Below are positions 40,465 through 49,547 of a stretch of DNA of 64,000 nt, one piece after another. The stretch covers positions 288,001-352,000 of the forward strand of contig CAVPJU010000006.1 in assembly GCA_963705505.1 (NCBI GenBank), in the 5' to 3' direction. The position numbers were made by a program, and so were the translations under genes. Every line of letters starts with the position of its first letter. Within the stretch, counting starts at the first letter, position 1. The stretch is from an uncultured bacterium (GTDB taxonomy: Bacteria > Desulfobacterota_D > UBA1144 > Nemesobacterales > UBA2774). The notes beneath the pieces are model-generated. The model was not told the DNA's origin and did not search any database. It saw only the letters and a program-made list of their open reading frames with translations.

Positions 40465-42374
40465 GAGCCTTCTTCTTTTTCAAACACACCCTTTTTCAAA
40501 TAAACCATAAGCACAGAAATAGCAGCAGGGGTAATGCCCGATATCCTGCTCGCCTGCCCTAAAGATCCCGGACGAACATTTGACAGCTTTTGTACTATCT
40601 CTTTCGATAAGCCGGGAATCCCGTCGTAAGAAAATTCCAGAGGTATGGACAAATTTTCGAGCTTCTTGAATTTGTCGATCAGCTCGGCCTGCCTCTTAAT
40701 ATAGCCCTCATACTTAACTTCCATTTCAATCTGCGTGATGTAATCCTCGCTGACGGGCGCCATTTTCCCGCTGCCTCCAATTAATCCGAGCTCTCCGTAC
40801 GTGATCTCGGGCCTCCTCAGAATCTCCTTAAGCGACTGTGGCTTTTTCAGCGGGGAAGAGCCGAGTCTCGATAACATTTCATTAACTCCCGCGTTGGGCA
40901 TAATCTTGATGTTCTCCAGCCTGAGTAGCTCCCGGGCGATGGTCTTCTTCTTTTCATAAAATTTCTCGTACATTTCTTCGCTTAATAATCCGATCCTGTA
41001 CCCCGCCTCTCCCAGCCTGATGTCCGCATTATCCTCTCTCAGGACGAGACGGTATTCGGCCCTCGAGGTAAACATCCTGTAGGGCTCGTCCACTCCTTTT
41101 GTTACGAGATCGTCGATCAATATCCCGATATACGCCTGGGAGCGGTCAAGGACGAGAGGGCCTTCCCCTTTCACCCGGAGCGCAGCGTTTATACCGGCCA
41201 TTAGTCCCTGACTCCCGGCTTCCTCATATCCCGTTGTACCGTTGATCTGACCCGCGAAGTACAGGTTATCGACGAGCTTTGTTTCAAGCGTCGGCTTTAG
41301 CTGTATAGGGTCAACGAAGTCGTACTCGACCGCGTAGCCGGGCCTCATGATTTCGACATCCGAAAGACCGTCGATAGTCCTCACGAGCTCATACTGGACT
41401 TCGAGAGGAAGACTCGTCGAGACGCCGTTCGGATATATTTCATACGTTTGCGTCCCCTCCGGCTCGAGAAAGATCTGGTGCCTTTCCTTGTCGCGGAACT
41501 TAACCACTTTATCTTCGATCGAGGGGCAGTACCTGGGTCCTATGCCTTTTATTTCGCCTGAGTATAAGGGCGACTTGTGGAGATTATTCATTATTACCCT
41601 GTGCGTCCTTTCATTCGTATACGTGATATAGCAGGGCATCTGCTCCCTTTTGACGGAACTGTTAGAGAATGAAAATGGCTTGGGATTCTCGTCCCCCGGC
41701 TGGGGCTCGAGTATCTCCCATTTAATAGTCCTGCCGTCCAGTCTCGGGGGCGTCCCTGTCTTAAGCCTCCCTACCCTGAACCCGAGGCTTCCGAAAGAAT
41801 CCGAAATGCCGATCGCCGCCGCTTCCCCGGCGCGTCCCGAGGAGATCTTCGCTCCCCCAATGTGAATCAGTCCATTTGGAAATGTTCCGGGCGTCACGAC
41901 AACGGCATCGGAGAAAAAATGCTCGCCTAGAGTTGTTTTCACACCGAGGACCCTGCCGTTCCCGACGAGAAAACCTTCGGCCATCCTCTGCTTGATATCG
42001 AGGTTCTTCCGAGCCTCGAGTGTGCTTTTCATGTAGGCTCTATATGCCTGCCTGTCGGCCTGTATCCTGGTCGCCTGGACGGCAGCCCCTTTGCTGGTAT
42101 TCAGTCTCCTGAACTGGATCGCGGCATGGTCGGCCGCTTTACCCATTTCGCCTCCGAGAGCGTCTATTTCCTTTACGAGGTGCCCCTTGCCGACGCCCCC
42201 GATCGACGGGTTGCACGACATGAGCCCTATCGTATCAATATTCGCCGTAAGGACGAGGGTCCGGCACCCCATTCTGGAAGCGGCCAGCGCAGCCTCGCAC
42301 CCGGCATGGCCGGCGCCTATCACTATCACATCGTAGCTCTTCGGATAATTTATGCTCAATACCGGGACTCCCAT
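40446..42374 (-). CDS. mnmG: tRNA U34 carboxymethylaminomethyl modification enzyme
   Basis: GAGHAGCEAA, MSCNPSIGG, GPRYCPSIEDK, AGQINGTTGYEEA, PYRMFTSRAEYR. Confidence 0.97.
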   Translation of the reverse strand: MGVPVLSINYPKSYDVIVIGAGHAGCEAALAASRMGCRTLVLTANIDTIGLMSCNPSIGGVGKGHLVKEIDALGGEMGKAADHAAIQFRRLNTSKGAAVQATRIQADRQAYRAYMKSTLEARKNLDIKQRMAEGFLVGNGRVLGVKTTLGEHFFSDAVVVTPGTFPNGLIHIGGAKISSGRAGEAAAIGISDSFGSLGFRVGRLKTGTPPRLDGRTIKWEILEPQPGDENPKPFSFSNSSVKREQMPCYITYTNERTHRVIMNNLHKSPLYSGEIKGIGPRYCPSIEDKVVKFRDKERHQIFLEPEGTQTYEIYPNGVSTSLPLEVQYELVRTIDGLSDVEIMRPGYAVEYDFVDPIQLKPTLETKLVDNLYFAGQINGTTGYEEAGSQGLMAGINAALRVKGEGPLVLDRSQAYIGILIDDLVTKGVDEPYRMFTSRAEYRLVLREDNADIRLGEAGYRIGLLSEEMYEKFYEKKKTIARELLRLENIKIMPNAGVNEMLSRLGSSPLKKPQSLKEILRRPEITYGELGLIGGSGKMAPVSEDYITQIEMEVKYEGYIKRQAELIDKFKKLENLSIPLEFSYDGIPGLSKEIVQKLSNVRPGSLGQASRISGITPAAISVLMVYLKKGVFEKEEGSHSFSS

Positions 42375-42455
42375 ATATAAATCAGTAAGAAATGTAAATA
42401 CTTAAATCGACCGCGTCAATTATTTAGCTCCCGCTTTGGATTATGAGCGGCATAG

Positions 42456-42824
42456 ATGGTAAAATGGTTTCCCATTCTTAAAAGGGGAGTTGACGCCGAA
42501 GTGTCCAGGACAAAAGAGATATTCGACAAAGTGGAGAGGAAGCTCAAAGAGAGGCCGGATGATTTCACGGAAGTGGGAGCCGTTTACAAATTCGTCATAA
42601 ACGGTCCCGAAGGAGGGACGTGGATAATCGACCTCAGAAAAGAGAGCCTCGGGATAAGAGAGGCCGACGAAGACGCCCAGTGCACTATTCAAACCAAAGA
42701 TGAGCATTTCATAGACCTCTTCACAGGCAAGCTCGGTGCGGAAAACGCGCTGCTCTCGGGAAAAATAAAGTTCTCGGGAGACGTGTTTCTGGCAATGAGG
42801 TTCGCAGATTTATTAAAGAAGTAA
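42456..42824 (+). CDS. SCP2 sterol/lipid-binding domain protein
   Basis: GGTWIIDL...ALLSGKIKFSGDVFLAMR. Confidence 0.85.
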   Translation: MVKWFPILKRGVDAEVSRTKEIFDKVERKLKERPDDFTEVGAVYKFVINGPEGGTWIIDLRKESLGIREADEDAQCTIQTKDEHFIDLFTGKLGAENALLSGKIKFSGDVFLAMRFADLLKK

Positions 42825-43166
42825 GCGGAGTGCGCTCACAGGGGCCCGATTTTTGAGTTCATTTATTCCAGTCTCAGCCGAAAGCGAATTAAATGCATTT
42901 ACAGGCCATTCAGTATGATTCACACACCCGAGAGAATTTTCATCGAAGAATGTACTGCGGACATCCGCCGAGTATGAAAATCACATCGCGTTTAAGCTCC
43001 GTCCCGGTCGTTATGGTCGAGGACTGCAAGAGGTCCGAAGGGAAAAATAACCGAGGCTTCATCGACGCTCCCTCGCCCGGATCCGATTTCATATAACGGA
43101 TTTAAACCCTAAAAGTCCGGAACAGCATATTTAAAAGAAAGATTGACGGACCGGCGCCGATTAATT

Positions 43167-44042
43167 TTAATAACCGTAACTCTTGAGACGGTCGGCTATC
43201 ACTGCTGAATAAGCTGTAAGCTCGGGGTCTTTAAGGAATGCGTAACCCCTCGATTTATTGACCTGGCCGGCGGATTTCTCAATCTCGCCCTTATGAGCTA
43301 CGAGACCGCAAAAGTCGTATAAGGTCTTCAATACGTCATTGGGATTCTCTAAAAAATCCTCGTATTTGATTTCCATACCGCGCGCTCCGAGCTCCGCCAC
43401 ACGCTCCCTCGCCTCTTTCATATACTCCTCCCATAACATAAGCCCTTCATCCAGGGAGGCGCCCCTCAAATCTACGAACACCCTCCTGCCGCCTATGAAT
43501 TTCCGCATCAGGTAGAACCAGTAAAGGGGTTTTAGCCGGGCGTGTTTATCCCTGAGCCTCGAAAGCCCTCTTGCTCTCCGGGTCCTCAAGCTGTTGATTA
43601 TGTCCAGCGGATGACGAAAGATATGGATGACCTTCGCATCCGGGAAGATATCGAGCCAGAAAGGCAGGGTAAACGTATTCCGCGGGTCCTTCCATCCCCA
43701 GGGGATATCGAGCCTGGCCGGAGTCCGGTAACGGATATACTTCCTCAATCCGAGAAATGATATAACACGAGGCGTTCTCATAGCGTATTTTACGAAATCG
43801 CCGAACAGAGACCTCGCTTCCTTATCCCGGAGAAGGTATTTAATCGTGCCCGGATTTTCGAGACCCCCGCTGCACTGTGTCAGAAGCCAGTCGTTCAAAT
43901 CGCGGAAGAATATAGCTTCATGGTTATCGGTCACTCTTTTCCCGACGAATAGGCCGAGCTCGTCGAGCATTCGGGTAAGCATGCTTGTGCCGGAACGGCT
44001 CATTCCGATTATTATTACCGGGGGGCGGACGTTCATTTCCAA
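43167..44042 (-). CDS. Sulfotransferase family protein
   Basis: GMSRSGTS PAPS loop, WGWKDPR, RHPLD, KYEDFL. Confidence 0.88.
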   Translation of the reverse strand: MEMNVRPPVIIIGMSRSGTSMLTRMLDELGLFVGKRVTDNHEAIFFRDLNDWLLTQCSGGLENPGTIKYLLRDKEARSLFGDFVKYAMRTPRVISFLGLRKYIRYRTPARLDIPWGWKDPRNTFTLPFWLDIFPDAKVIHIFRHPLDIINSLRTRRARGLSRLRDKHARLKPLYWFYLMRKFIGGRRVFVDLRGASLDEGLMLWEEYMKEARERVAELGARGMEIKYEDFLENPNDVLKTLYDFCGLVAHKGEIEKSAGQVNKSRGYAFLKDPELTAYSAVIADRLKSYGY

Positions 44043-44173
44043 ACTGAAATTATACTATATATCGCGGAATAACAATGCCCGTTGTCAGAATAGTTGAAAT
44101 GACCGGATGAATTCCAGAAAAGCGCGGATGTTTAGAACCGACTTTACTAAACGACACACATGTGTCCGGGGAA

Positions 44174-45376
44174 TTAGCGGGCGAGGAAGCTTCTCAGTAT
44201 CTCACCCATTTCCGAAGTGGCGAGTTTTTCAAGAGCCCTTTTCTCTATTTGTCTTATACGCTCGCGGGTGAGGTCGAACCTTCTTCCGATCTCGTCAAGC
44301 GTATACGTGGAGTCCTGATCGATTCCGAACCTGAGCCTTATTATCTCTTCCTCTCTCGGAGTGAGGACGTTAAGCGCGTCCCTGATTTCATGTGTCAGAG
44401 CCGAGCTGGCCATTACCGAATCCGGTGCGGGGGAGTTGTCGTCCGAGATAAAATCGAGCAGGGTCGTTTTCTCGCCGTCGAGTATTGGTGTATCGAGACG
44501 TGCGGCGTCATTCGTGGACTCGAGGATCCTCTTCACTCCCTCGACTGAAATTCCGGCGACTTCGGCTACTTCTTCGGGCATCGGCTTTCTGCCCAGCTCC
44601 TTATGGAGCATGGAGCTAATTCTGTAAACCTTGCTTGCCTGCTCGAGTACGTATACGGGAACCCTGATAGTCCTCGTCTGATCGAGCAGAGCCCTGGAAA
44701 TGGCCTGATGTATCCACCAGGATGCATACGTGGAGAATTTGTAACCCTTGGTATGATCGAACCTCTCTACCGCGCGCATCAGACCCACGTTCCCTTCCTG
44801 AATCAGGTCGGTCAGAGGGAGACCGCGGCCCATATACCTTTTCGATATGCTGACCACGAGCCTGAGGTTGGCCTTCACGAACCTTTCCTTCAAGTCAAGT
44901 GCGCGCTCCGAATATACCTTTACGAACGCCATGAGGCTTTCGATTCTCTTGGTCAGCTCTTTTACACCGATAGATCCATTGCCGGTCTTTTTCTTACCTG
45001 TAAACCCTTCCACTTTCTTCGAGAGTTTCTGTATGTGAGAAGTCAGCTCCCTTGACTTGGATTCGCACTTCTTAATCTGCGCGGAAACCTCTATTTCCTC
45101 TTTCGCTGTCAATAGGGATTCAACCGCCATATCCTTGAAATAGACGTATAGAAGCCTGAACTGCTCGTCCGGAGTCCATTCTTCTTCCTGGTCCTCAACG
45201 GAAGTATTGTCTTCGAGCTCAAAGCCGAAATCCGATTCTTCGCTTTCTATTATCACATCATCTCTGAAGCCGAGAGAAGAAAACGATTCATCATCCTGCT
45301 CGTGAAAATTTTCGATGCTTTCGATTTCCGGACCTACGTGCTCAACTTCTCTGAATTTAGCCGATTTCATTCTCAC
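44174..45376 (-). CDS. RpoD/SigA-family sigma factor (probable alternative paralog)
   Basis: ANLRLVVS, DLIQEGN, KFSTYASWW, TLDEIG, TRERIRQIE. Confidence 0.92.
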   Translation of the reverse strand: MRMKSAKFREVEHVGPEIESIENFHEQDDESFSSLGFRDDVIIESEESDFGFELEDNTSVEDQEEEWTPDEQFRLLYVYFKDMAVESLLTAKEEIEVSAQIKKCESKSRELTSHIQKLSKKVEGFTGKKKTGNGSIGVKELTKRIESLMAFVKVYSERALDLKERFVKANLRLVVSISKRYMGRGLPLTDLIQEGNVGLMRAVERFDHTKGYKFSTYASWWIHQAISRALLDQTRTIRVPVYVLEQASKVYRISSMLHKELGRKPMPEEVAEVAGISVEGVKRILESTNDAARLDTPILDGEKTTLLDFISDDNSPAPDSVMASSALTHEIRDALNVLTPREEEIIRLRFGIDQDSTYTLDEIGRRFDLTRERIRQIEKRALEKLATSEMGEILRSFLAR

Positions 45377-45446
45377 ACCTTTCCCACACCTTTTAATTAT
45401 TTTGAATTGTAATGCTATTTTAAGCTGATAACGCCCTAACTATATT

Positions 45447-45475
45447 AATATACGGTTTGAAGGATTCATTGTCAA
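45447..45475 (-). promoter_or_regulatory. Sigma70-type promoter of the sigma gene
   Basis: TTGACA-17 nt-TATATT. Confidence 0.6.
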
Positions 45476-45607
45476 GTGAATTCTTCGCAAATGCAAAATT
45501 CCAGATATCGTATATATTTGGCAATGATTCAGGGCAGTAACAATATCAAACTATAATCAATATACGCAGAAGCTAACAAAATATCAAGGTCCCCGTTAAT
45601 AATGAAA

Positions 45608-46414
45608 TCACTCACCTGTTTTTTCGCTTTTCTCCCAAGATTCGTTAAAGACGGTTTTCTTTCCGAGGGTTTCGACATAAGCTTCCTTACCCTCGCTCCT
45701 TTTAAATATAGCTGATTGGCTCCAGGCCTGCTCGATGCTGCTGTATTTCCCGATTTTAACCAGGTTCCAGGTCTCTCCCCTGGAATTTTCGACCTGAACC
45801 GTATAGGCATTAAATCCCTTGCTGCGATATTCATTTACGGCCTTCTCAGCGTCGGCCTTATCGGCGAATGCCCCTACCTGAAGCGTATATCTGCCTTTTC
45901 CCGTTTGCTCGGTTTGACTTGTTTCAGCTTTTGCCGCGTCGGGAGACGTATTTCCGGGCTCAGCGGGAGCCGTCTCTTCCCCTATTTTAGACTCCCCGGA
46001 CATCTGATTGGGATCAATGGAAGTAAGACCGGAATCAGCTTTTTTCTCATTGCTATTCTCACTGACGGAAAGAACGGGCTCTGCTGAAGTTAACTCTTCC
46101 GATATCTGCTTCTCTTCCGTAAATACAGCCTGCTCATCAGGAGATGTGTTTTTTTCGCCGACCGGAACTTCATCCTTATACACAAAAGACTCGGTGCTTT
46201 TTTCATATTTCACAGGGCTCCGGTCGATTGTGCTTTCCTTTGTTACCTGCGGGGGCTCACTGCCGATGAGACCCAGGTCATCGATCTTGGTCCCGACATA
46301 GACACCTACAAAGAAGACTACGAGGAACGTAAGAAAAGACCAGAATCCCCCGCCGAGGCCGCGTCTTCTTCTCCCCGAATCAGCTAACATAAGTTTTGGT
46401 TTAAGCTCTCTCAT
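45608..46414 (-). CDS. SPOR domain membrane protein
   Basis: N-terminal TM, disordered linker, YTLQVGAF...VKIGKY SPOR domain. The start is ATG 46414; the longer ORF runs into the tRNA. Confidence 0.85.
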   Translation of the reverse strand: MRELKPKLMLADSGRRRRGLGGGFWSFLTFLVVFFVGVYVGTKIDDLGLIGSEPPQVTKESTIDRSPVKYEKSTESFVYKDEVPVGEKNTSPDEQAVFTEEKQISEELTSAEPVLSVSENSNEKKADSGLTSIDPNQMSGESKIGEETAPAEPGNTSPDAAKAETSQTEQTGKGRYTLQVGAFADKADAEKAVNEYRSKGFNAYTVQVENSRGETWNLVKIGKYSSIEQAWSQSAIFKRSEGKEAYVETLGKKTVFNESWEKSEKTGE

Positions 46415-46435
46415 ATTGAACTCGCTCACATTTCG

Positions 46436-46520
46436 TGCCGAAGGGGGGATTTGAACCCCCACGAGCTAGCGCCCACTGGATCCTGAATCCAGCGCGTCTA
46501 CCAAGTTCCGCCACTTCGGC
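46436..46520 (-). tRNA. tRNA-Leu(CAG)
   Basis: GCCGAAG/CTTCGGC acceptor stem, CTGGA-TT CAG GA-TCCAG anticodon arm, long variable arm, GTTCAAATC; CCA not encoded. Confidence 0.94.
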
Positions 46521-46751
46521 GATTTAAGGCTTGAATGACCCTTGACCCGTTAAGTCGTAAGCTTATCATACATAATCACTGCCCGCTAGGGTTTTTCAAA
46601 GGAATTTACTCGCACTACCCCTATAACATTAGTTTTTTCAAAGAGTCCGAGCCCGGCAGCGGCTTCTTCGGAGGGGGGTTTCAAACCCCTCCCCACGCAT
46701 AAAGTTGTACAATCGGTCCGGGGCATATGTAATTTTCTGCCGAATACCGAG

Positions 46752-47186
46752 TCAGATGCTTCCCCAGGACACTATTCTCTCCGGGACGATTTTGATGACC
46801 GGCAGTCCCGCCTTATCGAGCTTCATTTTTTTGTATTGAGGGTACTTTACACAGAGGATGCCGAGTGAACTCTGATACTCGTCGCCGCTCCGGATCACCT
46901 CCGCAAAACCGTAAACTATGAGGTAGTAAAGCTTCTTCCAGTCCTCGCAGTACTTATCCATAACAAGCGATACGCGGGGGTTCAACAGTATGTTCCTGAT
47001 CCGCTTCAATTCCCCCGCAGGGACTTTCTTGGGCTTTTTATCTATGGGAGTAAATATAAAGCGGCCGTCATAGGCGAAACAGACAGGGACAACGAGGGGC
47101 CTGCCGGACTCGTCCGCTGTCGCCATCCTGGCAACCCTGCTCGAGAGGATTATGCTCCTTTCGTTCTCGGTCGGTATTGCTATCAA
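46752..47186 (-). CDS. PPOX-class putative F420-dependent protein (TIGR03668-like)
   Basis: ARMATAD...PVCFA, DKKPK, LKRIRNI..NPRVS, KYPQY. Confidence 0.82.
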   Translation of the reverse strand: MIAIPTENERSIILSSRVARMATADESGRPLVVPVCFAYDGRFIFTPIDKKPKKVPAGELKRIRNILLNPRVSLVMDKYCEDWKKLYYLIVYGFAEVIRSGDEYQSSLGILCVKYPQYKKMKLDKAGLPVIKIVPERIVSWGSI

Positions 47187-47295
47187 GCTTCCTTTTCCGG
47201 GGCAGCGGCCTGAACTTGAATTATCATTTATCTATTTTATAATACCTTGTTTTTCGTTTCGAATATCGCGTTTTTATATTTTCATGTGAGATCAA

Positions 47296-48237
47296 ATGGA
47301 CAATGCAAAGATTTTTTGCGGGACTTCGAACGTTCCGTTGGCAAAAGCTATATGCAAATACCTTGACGTCCCCCTCGGAAAAGCCGAGGTCAGGAGATTC
47401 AGCGACGGGGAGTTGTTCACCGAAATTTCAGAAAGCGTGCGCGGCTCTCACGTATTCGTGATCCAATCCACGTGTCCGCCGACAAACGAGCACATCATGG
47501 AGCTACTGATTCTGACCGATGCCCTGAAAAGGGCGTCCGCAAGGGTAATTACCGCCGTGATCCCTTACTACGGCTATGCAAGGCAGGACAGAAAAGTCCA
47601 GCCGAGGGCCCCTATCTCCGCTAAGCTGGTTGCGGACCTGATCACCACCGCCGGCATAAGCAGAGTGGTTACGGTGGACCTCCATGCCGGGCAGATTCAG
47701 GGGTTTTTCAACATCCCCGTAGACCATGTTTACGCGACACCCGTATTCATCGATTATATCAAGAAGAGATTCAACAAAGAAGACATGGTTATCGTTTCTC
47801 CGGACGCCGGGGGAATGGAGAGAGCGAGGTCCTACGCGAAAATACTAGATTCCGGACTCGCAATGACGGACAAAAGACGCCCCAATCCGAACGAGGCGGA
47901 GATCATGAACGTAATAGGCGACGTCGAAGGGAAAGAGGTAATCCTGGTCGACGATCTCGTGGATACAGCGGGGACTGCCATACAGGCGAGCAAGGCTCTA
48001 ATGAGGGAAGGGGCAAAAAGCGTTACCCTTTGCAGCACACACGGGGTGCTTTCCGGCAATGCAATCGAAAAAATAAAGCAGTCCGACCTCGAGGAAATAA
48101 TAATTACGGATACCATCGCCCCGTCGGAGCAAGCCGTCGCCTGCGATAAAATCAAGGTGATAACTATTTCCAACCTTTTGGGTGAGGCAATAAAAAGAAT
48201 TTCAACGGGCGAGTCGATCAGCAGCCTGTTCAGCTAA
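47296..48237 (+). CDS. prs: Ribose-phosphate pyrophosphokinase
   Basis: FSDGE, YGYARQDR, DLHAGQIQGFF, VDDLVDTAGT. Confidence 0.97.
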   Translation: MDNAKIFCGTSNVPLAKAICKYLDVPLGKAEVRRFSDGELFTEISESVRGSHVFVIQSTCPPTNEHIMELLILTDALKRASARVITAVIPYYGYARQDRKVQPRAPISAKLVADLITTAGISRVVTVDLHAGQIQGFFNIPVDHVYATPVFIDYIKKRFNKEDMVIVSPDAGGMERARSYAKILDSGLAMTDKRRPNPNEAEIMNVIGDVEGKEVILVDDLVDTAGTAIQASKALMREGAKSVTLCSTHGVLSGNAIEKIKQSDLEEIIITDTIAPSEQAVACDKIKVITISNLLGEAIKRISTGESISSLFS

Positions 48238-48258
48238 AACAAGAGTAAGGAGCATAAA

Positions 48259-48915
48259 ATGGCACAGAACACTTTGGAAGTATCGATAAGGAAGAGACCC
48301 GGAAAAAGCGGGGCAAGAGAAATCAGAAAAGGGGGAGGCATACCGGCGATACTTTACGGAAAAGGCACAGAGCCGACACCGTTAGTCGTAAATCCGGCGG
48401 CATTGAAGCAGGCGCTCTCGACTGAAGCAGGAGAAAACACGCTCCTCGAAATTACCTTCAATGACGGTTCGCAGGAAATCAAGAAGCTTTCTCTCCTGCG
48501 CGAAATTCAATACGATTTCCTCACGAGCAAGCCCATACACTTCGATTTCCAGGCCCTCGACATCAACAAAAAGATAACCGTAGACGTCCCTGTCAAGATC
48601 GTCGGAAAGTCAAAAGGCGTCAAAGAAGGCGGCATACTGGAAGAAATACTGCGCGAGATACCGGTCGAATGTCTGCCGAAAGACATTCCGAATTCATTCG
48701 AGATAGACGTAACGGATCTGGACATCGGCCATTCCATACACGTGAGCGCACTCAAGGGCTCGGACAACTTTAACATCCTGAAAGACGACGAAGAAACGAT
48801 AGTGACGATTTTAGCGCCGAAGATGGAAGTTGAAGCGCCTGCGCCAGCGGCGGTAGAGGGAGTAGCGGAAAAGGCGGCTGAAGGCGAAGAGAAAGAGGAA
48901 GGCAGTGAAGAGTAG
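48259..48915 (+). CDS. rplY: 50S ribosomal protein L25/Ctc
   Basis: IPAILYG, HFDFQ, GVKEGGIL. Confidence 0.95.
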   Translation: MAQNTLEVSIRKRPGKSGAREIRKGGGIPAILYGKGTEPTPLVVNPAALKQALSTEAGENTLLEITFNDGSQEIKKLSLLREIQYDFLTSKPIHFDFQALDINKKITVDVPVKIVGKSKGVKEGGILEEILREIPVECLPKDIPNSFEIDVTDLDIGHSIHVSALKGSDNFNILKDDEETIVTILAPKMEVEAPAPAAVEGVAEKAAEGEEKEEGSEE

Positions 48916-48924
48916 TCAGGGAAA

Positions 48925-49527
48925 ATGATATTGGTAGCGGGACTGGGAAATCCCGGAAGTGAATATGCTTCTACGAAGCATAACCTCGGGTATTTGACCG
49001 TGGATGAAATAGGTAAAAGGGTTGGAGTCGATTTAAAGAAGAAAAAGTTCAACGGAGTATTCGGAGAAGGGTCTTTTAACAACGACAAACTGCTTCTTCT
49101 CAAACCGGAGACGTATATGAACCGGAGCGGAGAATCGGTTTCCAGTGCAGTAAACTTCTATCATATACCCACCGAAAATATAATAGTCGTGCACGATGAG
49201 CTCGACCTGCCGACAGGAACAGTAAGGATTAAGGCCGGGGGAGGGAGCGCCGGCCATAAAGGCGTTGTATCCATAATCGGAGAGCTGGGAAGCGGGGATT
49301 TCGTACGAATAAGGATAGGAATCGGAAAACCCCGATCGAAATCCGGCACCGTCAGCCACGTGCTGTCTCAGTTTAAAAAGGAAGAAAACAAAATCGTACA
49401 GGAATCCGTTTTGAGAGCGGCCGACGCGGTCTTGGAAATCATTCGGCATGGACTGGGAGAGGCAATGAACAAATTCAACGCAAGGGCGGAAGACGAAGAT
49501 AACGCCGGTCAGACAAATGACCTATAA
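48925..49527 (+). CDS. pth: Peptidyl-tRNA hydrolase
   Basis: GLGNPG, KPETYMNRSG, HDELD, RIRIGIG. Confidence 0.95.
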   Translation: MILVAGLGNPGSEYASTKHNLGYLTVDEIGKRVGVDLKKKKFNGVFGEGSFNNDKLLLLKPETYMNRSGESVSSAVNFYHIPTENIIVVHDELDLPTGTVRIKAGGGSAGHKGVVSIIGELGSGDFVRIRIGIGKPRSKSGTVSHVLSQFKKEENKIVQESVLRAADAVLEIIRHGLGEAMNKFNARAEDEDNAGQTNDL

Positions 49528-49547
49528 ATTAGAGGAGGCGTCATAAA

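Noticed and set aside
42825..43166. Small ORFs (67 aa +, about 50 aa -) or an ncRNA between SCP2 and the sulfotransferase
   Set aside because: No SD, motif or convincing structure that I could support.
46415..46462. N-terminal extension of the SPOR protein
   Set aside because: It lies largely within tRNA-Leu; ATG 46414 is the more plausible start.
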